From Octopus bimaculoides (lineage: Eukaryota): a stretch of 64,000 bases of DNA. This document shows, piece by piece, positions 36,901-46,689 of the stretch. The notes under the pieces were generated by a model. It worked only from the letters and a program-made list of their open reading frames with translations. It searched no databases and was not told the origin of the DNA. The stretch is taken from the NCBI RefSeq assembly GCF_001194135.2, contig NC_069003.1, positions 13,444,809 to 13,508,808 on the forward strand, read 5' to 3'. Position 1 is the stretch's first letter; the number at the start of each line of letters is the position of its first letter. A program made the position numbers and the translations under genes.

Positions 36901-39285
36901 TCTAGTACCCCTACCCAACTGACTGCACCTCATATGGCCTGATCTTGTCTGCTTATGATGTGAGAGAGTTGAGTCTAAAAGTCAAGGTGCAGCTTACCTG
37001 CCCTACCCTACCTCCCTGTTCTCTTCTGTTTGACAATGCATCCACATAAATTCATTCGATAGACACACAGTGTTCGGTGTCATTACAACGAGTGCACAAC
37101 ATCAACAACAACAACAGCATCACTTTGGGCTTCAGTTCTAATCAACCGACTTTTCCTTCCCCTCTGTGCCCCAACCCCAGGTCATTAGGTACATTTGTTT
37201 GTAGAACTCGTTCCATCCATACACTAGCCTTCATCATTTTTTGGCATTACCTGTGTCTTCTCTATTCAAAGCAGCATCCTATACCAGTAGGTTTTAAACC
37301 CAGGCAGTAGTGCCCCATCCCTTTGGGGTAGCAGACATAAAGGATATCAGGAAGGTACGATAAAGAAGCATAGCCTAGTGGGTAGGATGCTGCACTCTTG
37401 ATTGCAAGATCATGGTTTCGATTCCCAGATTGGCTGTGTGTTGTGTTCTTGAGCAAAACACTTCATTTCATGTTGCTGCAGTTCACTCAGTTGTAAATGT
37501 GTAACCATGTGACAGAGTGGCGCTCCACTGTGTGGTAACTTCGGCAAGTGTCTTCTACTATAGCATCTGGCCTACCAACGCCTTGTGAGTGGATTTGGTA
37601 GATATAAACTGAAAGAAGCCCATCGTATATATATGTGTATATGTGTATGTATGTATATGTACATGTACCTGTATGTATGTATATATATTTATGTGTATGT
37701 GTCTTTGTGTCTGTGTTTGTCTCTCCACCATTGCTTGACAACCAATGTTGGTGTGTTTATGTCCCCGAAACTTAGCGGTTTGGCGTAGAGACTGATAGAA
37801 TAAGTACTTACAAAAAATAAGTCCTGGGGTTGATTTGTTCGGCTAAAGGTAGTGCTCCTGCATGGCTGCAGTCAAATGACTGAAACATGTAAAAGAGTAA
37901 AGAGTAAAGAGTAAAGAGTAAAGAGTAAGAATGGAACAACGACTCTAGAAAATCACCGAAATGGAGGTCTTGCAAGTCGCATTTTGTATTCAGCAGTTGA
38001 AAGGATGACTACTGCAGCCCCTACTGTGAGTCCTGGCTGGCTGGTTAGGATTGGTTGTTCAACCATGTCAAAGGTTGTTGTTGACTCTAAAGAGGGGTGT
38101 GCTGGGTATTTCAAGGATTTGTGAGTTGACAAAGAAATTAAATATTTAACTCTTTTGTTACCATATTTCTGTTGAAATGCACTCTCTTCATTTCAGTAAA
38201 TTTTGAAAATAAAGAATTAATTAAAATATTTTGGTCATGATTAAAGCTGGTTATTGGTACATAAATAAACATGGAAGCTTAATGAGAAATTTTTTATTTA
38301 GAAAACTCGTCAAGCCAAGAGAAATCATTGTTGTGGACAATGCTGATGATACATAAAAGATATCCACGGCAGTGACATGTAAAAGTCACCCATGATGGTG
38401 ACACATGAAATGTGCCTATGATTATGATGCATAAAAGGCACCCATTACATTCTTGGAGTGGTTGGCATTAGGAAGGACATCCAGCTGTAGAAACCTTGCC
38501 AGATCAGACTGGAACTTCCAGTCAAACCATCCAACCCATGCCAGCATGGAAAGCTGATGCTAATTGATGATGATGACAACAACAACGACGACCTTAAAAT
38601 GGGAAGTTTGTATCATAGAAGCAAAGGCAGTCTTGGATGGGTTGGTCTCAAAAAGGTTAAACCAGGTACTGGCTGTGTGGTGGAGTAGCTTGCTTCCAAA
38701 CCATGTGGTCTTGAGTTCAGTCCTATTGCACAGCATCTAGTGTAAATGTTTTCTACAACAGTCCCAGGCTCATCAGAGCTTTGTGAATGGATGTGGATGT
38801 GTGTATCCATATTTAGATATCACATGATGGTTGTAAATGAGTATCATCATCATCATCATCGTGCAAACAAGGTCATTCGTTTCCCAGTCTTCTGTGAAAA
38901 TCATTGCAAAGCAAGAGAGGATATCATCATGTCAAAGCAAAGGGAAACAGGTGAGGGTTTGTGACAGGAAGAGCATCTAGCTGTAGAAAATCTGCCTCTA
39001 AAAAAACTCCCTCTGACCCATGCAAGCATAGGAAAGTGGATGTTAGACAAGCACAACGATGACTACTAATCAGGCAGTTAGCTGGCAGAATCATTAGCAC
39101 ACCGGATGAAATGCTCAGTGGTATTTCACCCATCACTACATTCTGAGTTCAAATTCTGCTGAGGTTGACTTTGCCTTTCATCCTTTTGAGGTAGATAAAT
39201 TAAGTACCAGTTGAGTATTGGGGGTCGTTGTAATCGGCTTACACCCTCCTCCAAAATTTCAGGCCTTGTGCCTATAGTAGAAAGA

Positions 39286-39321
<36 letters not shown>

Positions 39322-39353
39322 TCCATTCATATCAATATTGTTGTTATTTCCAG

Positions 39354-39465
39354 CCAACGAAAGAATGCTGATGAACTGAAGACTCATCTAGAAGGCATTG
39401 TGGTGCCAGCATTTTGTACTGCCAGCGTTCACTTTACTGATGACAAAAAACAAAAGTTAACCAAG
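39354..39465 (+). CDS. CHERP: CHERP exon, CID domain (QRKNADELKTHLEGIVVPAFCTASVHFTDDKKQKLTK)
   Basis: tatttccag| acceptor, |gtaagc donor, 112 nt, phase 2-0; follows a 15.5-kb intron. Confidence 0.95.
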
Positions 39466-40251
39466 GTAAGCCTCCTCCCTTTTTTTTTGCATGTCAACTG
39501 GTACACAGCATAACTTGAAACAAACCAACAAGGGAGTCCCTCTATACCATCAAGTTTCCAACCCTTTTTGCACCATGGACTGGTTTCATTCAAAACCATT
39601 TTCCCATGGACCAGGGGACCACGTTTATAACAAAACATAATAAAGTGCATAATATATAATTTAATTATTATCTGCGTAATGCAAAAATGCCATGAAGACT
39701 GTGATATCTTTTAGCTTTTACCCTTTTACTTGTTTCAGTCATTAGACTGCGGCCATACTGGGACACCGCCTTGGAGAATTGTTTAGTTGAATGAATTGGC
39801 CCCAGAACTTATTTTTTAAGCCTGCTACTTATTCTTTCAGTCTCTTTTGCCAAACTACTAAGTTATGGAGACATAAGGACACCCCCACCTACACAAACAT
39901 ATACACAAACACACACATGTTTATACAACAGGCTTCTTTCAGTTTCCATCTTCCAAATCCACTCACAAGGTTTTGGTTGGCCCAAGGCTATATAGTACAT
40001 TACATTTGCCTAAGGAACCATGCAGTAGGACTGAACCCAGAACCAACCAAAGCCTTGTAATTGCATTTGGGATATGGAAACTCTGTGTGTGGTGGGTGGG
40101 GGGGTAAGAAGTTTGCTTCCCAATCACATGATTCCCAGTTCAGTTCCACTGTGTGGCACCTTGAGCAGGTGTCTTCCACTCACAAGCCTCAGGCTGACCA
40201 AAGCCTTGTGAGTGGAGTGGTAGACAAAAGCTGAAAGAAGCNNNNNNNNNN

Positions 40252-40294
<43 letters not shown>

Positions 40295-41179
40295 TGGATT
40301 GTAACCTGGTACTGCTCTCCAGCTTACCAGTCAAACCGTCTGACCCATGCCAGCATGGAAAATGGACACTAAATGATGATGATGATGATGATAACTCTCA
40401 GACTTATTTTTGAGTTCTTTATTCTCAGTGGCCAGACAGCTTCTTTTGGAATTTGTCGCCCTTGGATTGTGTATGGGTGGGTGTGCATGTGTGTATTACT
40501 GTCCCCTTGTCTTGACATCACATGATACTTGTGAAACAAAGATCACCATCATGCAAACGACATCCTTCATTTCCAGTCCTCTGTAAAAACACATCTGGTC
40601 TCAAGAAAATATTACCTTACTTGAAAACAGGTGAAGGATGGTGACAGAAAAAATGTCCAACCACAGAAAATCTACCTCAATGAAGAAGAGGGGATGTTAA
40701 AACAATGAATGTGTGTGTGTGTGTGTGAGAGAGAGACTGTCTTAGTTTACATTTGTACTCTGCAAAAGTAATTCTTTATGGGTAGTATTGTTGTCAACAA
40801 ATTATCCATTTGTTTCATGCCATTGGAAACGTGTGAAATAAGACATCCTTTTGTTTGAAAATCAGGTGAGAGTAAGCAGCAAGTGGGGTATCTGATTGTA
40901 GAACAACGCCTCAATGATGTTTCCATCTAACTCATGTTGGCACGGAAAAACAGATGTAAAACAGATGAACAAATACATGTGTGTGCATATGTATGCACAT
41001 GAATATGCATATGTGCATCTATATATATATGTGTGTGTGTGTGTGTCTCAAGCTCTTAACTTCCTAGACAGGGTGAAACTTTGTAACAAAACTTGTTTTG
41101 GGTTGTTTTTAACTTGATGGAGCACATCCTTCTCCAGTCTGCTCACATCCGATTTTTTTATAGACATAGTTGCTGATCC

Positions 41180-41525
41180 CTTAAAGTGGAAGAGGGAGAC
41201 CCAGGAAGACATGGGATGAAGTATTGAAGGCCGATCTCAAGACACTGAGCCTTACAAAGGAGATGACTAACGGCTGAGATGTCTGGTGCTTTGCTGTACT
41301 GAAGAAGACCCACCCACCACAGCAGAAGTGGTACCAGTGCTGGTGCCAGGTTAAAAGCACCCAGTACACTCTGTGGAGTGGTTGGCATTAGGAAAGGCAT
41401 CCAGCCATAGAAACCATGCTAGAACAGACAATGGAACCTGGTGTGGCCCTTTGCCTAACTCAGATCAAATCATCCAACCCATGCCAGCATGGAGAATGGA
41501 TGTTAAATGATGATGATGATGATGA
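41180..41525 (+). mobile_element. 5'-truncated RTE-clade LINE 3' end
   Basis: Translates GRGRPRKTWDEVLKADLKTLSLTKEMT (RTE ORF C-terminal motif), then a conserved 3' UTR and (GAT)n tail. Confidence 0.85.
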
Positions 41526-41649
41526 TGGAGAGAGAGACAGACAGTGTGTGTGTGTGTGTGTGTGCGCGTGTGTTCACAGAACATTATCCTAACAAAATAT
41601 ATATCATACATATAATTTAGCACATGTCCATATTTTTCTGCCATTTCAG

Positions 41650-41700
41650 TTGCTGAATTTATGGGATTCTAATAAATACTTTGACACAGAAACAATCAGG
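41650..41700 (+). CDS. CHERP: CHERP exon LLNLWDSNKYFDTETIR, copy 1 of an identical pair (probable assembly duplicate)
   Basis: catttcag| acceptor, |gtgagt donor, 51 nt, phase 0-0; identical to 41823-41873 across a 10-N gap. Confidence 0.6.
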
Positions 41701-41822
41701 GTGAGTACNNNNNNNNNNGTGTGTGTGTGTGTGTGCGCGCGTGTGTTCACAGAACATTATCCTAACAAAATATATATCATACATATAATTTAGCACATGT
41801 CCATATTTTTCTGCCATTTCAG

Positions 41823-41873
41823 TTGCTGAATTTATGGGATTCTAATAAATACTTTGACACAGAAACAATCAGG
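41823..41873 (+). CDS. CHERP: CHERP exon LLNLWDSNKYFDTETIR, copy 2
   Basis: Same splice sites and sequence as copy 1; matches the end of the CHERP CID domain. Confidence 0.85.
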
Positions 41874-42227
41874 GTGAGTACTTCAGTGGCCTCTGTGTTC
41901 ATACCCTTTTTTTTTTTTTTTGTTAGGGAGTATTCCAATACCTTTGTGTCTACAAATGTACATTTGTGTTTGTGGGTGAGTGCATGTACACCTCTGTGTG
42001 TAGTATTTGTGGAGGAAGAGTGCATATATATTTATTTATTTATGTATATGTGTGCAATTGAGATCATATGTTTTTCTCTGTGAGAAATAAGATCACAAAT
42101 GGCAGGAAGAAAAATGAACACAATCCAGCGAGAAAAGTATTTAAAATGTTTGTTTTTAATGTTCAGTTATAAGGAAAATAATTTCACATTAATCTGATGG
42201 GTTAGTCTGTACTTTTGTAGAGGACAA

Positions 42228-42268
42228 GTTACTGAAGAGATTGCAAGAGTGCAATGAAATAATTTAAC
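42228..42268 (+). ncRNA. Candidate minimal type I hammerhead
   Basis: GTTA | CTGAAGA | G | ATTGCA-AGAG-TGCAAT | GAAA | TAATT | TAAC; AATAAA about 20 nt downstream. Confidence 0.4.
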
Positions 42269-42411
42269 AAAAAACTATATAAATTAATAAAGGACTGAAC
42301 CAGTGCGTGTGTTTATTACCGGCATAATGCCTCTCCCAAGGTTTAATTGTATTTCTTTCAACACACGTATCCACATCAAGAATCTTGCACACGAAATACA
42401 CATACGAAATT

Positions 42412-42593
42412 TATTATTCTTATACAAGAATGTTGTTGACAGTGACTTTGAAGTTTTGGCCAACTAAGCCATTGTTGGACTGCAGTGCATTAGAATTTAC
42501 CTTGCCTTTATATAGTCTCTGTTGAGTTAAAATCATCTTTGGATGTGTGGGTTTGTTAGTCGATGTCAGCAACATTCTTGTACAAGAATAATA
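42412..42593. repeat. 30-bp inverted repeats enclosing 122 nt (MITE-like)
   Basis: 42412-42441 versus 42564-42593, 28/30 match. Confidence 0.88.
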
Positions 42594-42918
42594 TATATAT
42601 ATATATATATATANNNNNNNNNNNNNNNNNNNNNNNNNNNNNNNNNNNNNNNNNNNNNNNNNNNNNNNNNNNNNNNNNNNNNNNNNNNNNNNNNNNNNNN
42701 NNNNNNNNNNNNNNNNNNNNNNNNNNNNNNNNNNNNNNNNNNNNNNNNNNNNNNNNNNNNNNNNNNNNNNNNNNNNNNNNNNNNNNNNNNNNNNNNNNNN
42801 NNNNNNNNNNNNNNNNNNNNNNNNNNNNNNNNNNNNNNNNNNNNNNNNNNNNNNNNNNNNNNNNNNNNNNNNNNNNNNNNNNNNNNNNNNNNNNNNNNNN
42901 NNNNNNNNNNNNNNNNNN

Positions 42919-42973
<55 letters not shown>

Positions 42974-43156
42974 GATATAGATATAGATATACAGAATATA
43001 TAAGAAGTTGTCATCAACGGACATAAAGTGATAGGTATGCACAATGAGTGCTCAGTTAGGTCTACCACTGACACTCTGGCTTGAACTGAAAGTGTGGTGT
43101 TCAGACATCCCATCAAAGGTGGCTAGAAGTGGTTTCTCCTTGAGCAGGTAGATATA

Positions 43157-43320
43157 GATTTAAAGTAAAAATGGAAAAGCAAAACGTTTGGCATCACTTG
43201 AAAAGGACATTTAATTTAGTTTGAGAATATAAATAAAGTCTCTGCTGATATTCTCTAACTAAATTAAATGCCTCTTTCAAGTGATGCTAAACATTTTGCT
43301 TTTTCAGTTTTACTTTAATC
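43157..43320. repeat. Fold-back: ~73-nt arms, 17-nt loop
   Basis: 43157-43230 versus 43248-43320, roughly 8 mismatches and 1 indel by eye. Confidence 0.92.
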
Positions 43321-43430
43321 TCTGTGTATATGTGTGTGTAGGAAGAGAGAGAGAGAGAAAGTGTGTGTGGTGTATGTGTTTATATGGATATATGTATGTA
43401 TTTATTTCTAATGTTTTTGTGTCATTTCAG

Positions 43431-43469
43431 AAACTGAAAGACCCTGTGGAATCTGTGGCCAATTATCAG
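43431..43469 (+). CDS. CHERP: CHERP short exon (KLKDPVESVANYQ)
   Basis: gtcatttcag| acceptor, |gtaagg donor, 39 nt, phase 0-0; fills the gap between the CID end and the ASLITEY exon. Confidence 0.88.
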
Positions 43470-43693
43470 GTAAGGAATTCTGGGAAATATATATCCTCTA
43501 TACAGCACCCCCATCAAGACATTGTTTTCTTCATCATCATCATAGTCATCAAAATATTCGCCATGTACCCACCATCACCACTATTGTCACCATCAGCAGC
43601 AGTCTCACAATTACATTCATCTGTGTGTGGGGGCAGGGTGTGGAAAGCTCACAGTGAGGCTGGTTCTTTTATGTCATTTCGGTGCCTCTAGAT

Positions 43694-44024
43694 TAGTGGT
43701 TTTCAACCGTGGTCCATATAAAATTTTGATGGGGTCCACACTACAAAATAGGAAATTAGGGATCCACTATAGTATTTTCAGGGCCCCTGAAAAAACTCTG
43801 GCTTAGATGTATGTATTGGTATGTATTGCAAGAAACAGCTGGGTTTCTTTCTCTAACATTTTACATAGTCCAACCTACACAAGTTAATGTGGGAAAAACA
43901 AAATAGGAATTTTGAAAGAAGCTTCTATAAAACTAGTTTTTAAACATTGGATGGCTATGAGGGTCCACCAGAATAAAATAGTAATCAAAGGGGTCCACAG
44001 ATAAAAAATGGTTGGGTACACCTG
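43694..44024. mobile_element. hAT (Charlie-like) MITE, same family as 12006-12267, reverse orientation
   Basis: Degenerate TIRs; flanks ctctagat / ctctacgt resemble an nTCTAGAn-type 8-bp TSD (6/8 match). Confidence 0.75.
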
Positions 44025-44500
44025 CTCTACGTTATCATTATGGACAAAAACAGATTGCAGAGTTGTTCACTTTGTTCTCTATTAAAACCTGGTGTCTTAC
44101 CCAGGAAGAATTTTCTCTCTCATACATAGCACTGGTTGTCAAGCGGTGGTGGGAGACAAACACAGACACAAAGACACACACATACACATAAATACACACA
44201 CACGCACACACACGACAGTTTTCTTTCAGTTTCTGTCTACAAAATCCAATTACAAGTCTTTGGTCAGCCCGAAGCTATACTAAAAGATCGTACCATGCTG
44301 TGGGACTGAATCCAGGACCATGTGGTTGAGAAGCAAGCTTCCTACCACACATCCATTCTGGCATCTCTGAGGATGACTTTCTTTAGGCATAAATCAGATG
44401 TCGTAACTCAGTATACATTTTCTTTAGAATAAAGTCTTAGATAAGTATAGAACATGCTTGTGCAACATCTTCGAGCTATTTAATGAAGTGTATGTTTATT

Positions 44501-44585
44501 TTGATGAAGCTCTAAGATGTTGCACAAACACTCAGCTCTAAGTGCACTGCACCCTATAACAGAAACAGCTGTAAGCTAATGAAGT
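44501..44585 (+). ncRNA. Second, rearranged copy of the same hammerhead family
   Basis: TTGATGA...GAAA CAGCTG TA AGCTAATGAAGT; alignable to 12432-12533(-); stem I 5' arm displaced by a micro-inversion. Confidence 0.5.
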
Positions 44586-44688
44586 TGTTTACATAATTCC
44601 CATTCCCTTGTGATTCCATGATATAGATAGACAGACAGTCAGGCGTCTGTGTTAGTGTTTATATACAGTATATTTATGCTCTATTATA

Positions 44689-44860
44689 GGCGCAGGAGTG
44701 GCTATGTGGTAAGTAGCTTGCTTACCAACCACATGGTTCTGGGTTCAGTCTTACTGCATTGCACCTTGGGCAAGTGTCTTCTACTGTAGCCAAACACCAG
44801 TGAAAACCTTGTGAATAGGTTTGGTAGATGGAAACTGAAAGAAGCCCATTGTGTATATAT
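44689..44860 (+). mobile_element. SINE family A 5' half, continuing into a related (GAT)n-tailed retroposon to ~45130
   Basis: GGCGCAGGAGTGGCTATGTGGT head and B-box-like motif. Confidence 0.8.
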
Positions 44861-45199
44861 GTATGTATTTGTGTGTGTTTGTATCTCCTTGTCTTGACAT
44901 AGTTGTAAACAAGCATCACCAGTATACAAGCAGTGTTCTTCATTTCTGATATTCCATGAAAAACATGTCTGGTCATGGGGAAATATCGCCTTGTTTGGAA
45001 ACAGGTGAGGGTTAATGAATGGAAGGGTATGTGGTTGTTGAAAATTCACCTCAGTAATTTCTGCCTGACTCATGCAAGCATAGGACATCAATATGGTAAC
45101 ACTGCTGATGATGATGGTGATGCTGATGATGTGTGTGTGTGTGTGTGTGTGCATAAGTATATATATATATGTATATGGTGTGTCTATATGTATTTGCAG

Positions 45200-45383
45200 G
45201 CCAGCCTTATCACTGAGTATGGTAACTTGGTCACACAGATTACAGCTGCCATCCAGTCCCAGTATGGACAACTCCAGAAGCAGCACCAAGAATTCGCTTC
45301 ACACCTCAACCTACAGTTGCAGCAGCGACAAGAACAGCTGCAGCTGTTGCAGCAAGTGGGAGGACCACCACCTCAACAGTCAG
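45200..45383 (+). CDS. CHERP: CHERP exon, Gln-rich helical segment (ASLITEYGNLV...VGGPPPQQS)
   Basis: tatttgcag| acceptor, |gtatag donor, 184 nt, phase 0-1. Confidence 0.92.
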
Positions 45384-45978
45384 GTATAGTGTCAGTGTTA
45401 TTGATGTCAGAGGTCAGAGAGGAGGAGTTGGAGGAGGGGAGAGGCAATGGAATGGTCGGAGATGTGGATGTTTGCCTCTCCATCCCCACCTTCTTAGAGG
45501 TTGTTTATGCCAATTAATGGACCTTATTTACCTTTACAGTCTTGACACCCCCTCCCCCAGGGGTAGAGAGTCTTTCAATGTTGGAGGGCCACATCTGGTA
45601 GGACAGCATATCCAAATCAATTTCTATATTTACTAAATCTATTATTTTATAAAATATAATTATTAAATGAAACCTAACGAAATATAACAAAGCCGAGTTT
45701 TGATGGAATAGAATTTCCATGGTAATTTTTTTTTATGGTGCGGAGGTAGGGTAGTGGGAAATTCTTTGTGATTCTTGTGTTTTAAAGACCAATTTAATTA
45801 CTTCAAACAAATAATTTACAACTTTACAAATAAAGAAATATAATTAGATGTTTCTAAGATTCGAAATGGGTTGAAAAGTCAGGCTTTAAAATATGATTAT
45901 ATCGACTAAAATATTTTCCAGTTTAGTGATTTTATTTTTTACTGCAAATGTAATTCTTTCAGAGGACAACATAAAACT

Positions 45979-46118
45979 CTTCACAAGGTCAGCAAAACCT
46001 TTCACAAGGCCATATACAACCCTTCACAAGGTCACACATAGCCTTTCTAAAGGCCACACACAACTTTTCAGAAGGTCACACACAACCCTTCACAAGGTCA
46101 CACACAGCCCTTCTGAAG
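45979..46118. repeat. ~22-bp minisatellite, about 7 units (CTTCACAAGGTCACACACAACC-like)
   Basis: Unit starts near 45979, 46000, 46022, 46043, 46065, 46088, 46110. Confidence 0.85.
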
Positions 46119-46253
46119 TTCCCAGGTTCCCTACCTTTGGTCTTGCCCCTAATAAAGTGAGAGCATGCCAATGTTTGACTGCCTCTGTTGTGAGTTTCTC
46201 TTTGACCCCATCTCTACATCTCTTACATGACACATGATTGCTTCTATTTTCAG

Positions 46254-46645
46254 GTTCTGTTGGACGGGACAATTCAGCACCTCAGTCCGTACCCCCAGCA
46301 GGAGTTGCACCCCAAGTTCCCCCAACAGTGCCCCAGCAAGTTGCTCCTCCCATCCTGCCACCCAACATGCCCAACAGTACGGCGTCACCTGTGCCACCCG
46401 GCATGTCAACCTCCACAAGCATGGCAAATATTACCCTACCCCCTCAGCAACCTCCACCCAATACGAGGCCTGGCCCAACACAGCCCCCCGTGATGCCTGG
46501 AAACCCGGGACCACCACCACAGAACATGCCACAGGGCATGCCCCCTCAAGGAATGCCACCGCAAGGAATGGGCCCTGGGGTACCCCCTTCTGTACATAAT
46601 GCTATCACTGGAGCACCAAGAGGAGCAGCAGGTCCATTCCCACAG
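46254..46645 (+). CDS. CHERP: CHERP exon, Pro-rich low-complexity region (SVGRDNSAPQ...GAAGPFPQ)
   Basis: tattttcag| acceptor, |gtaaga donor, 392 nt, phase 1-0; GC-rich open frame. Confidence 0.9.
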
Positions 46646-46689
46646 GTAAGATGTTTCTCTCACACCTCTCTCTTTTTTTGTGTTTCTTT

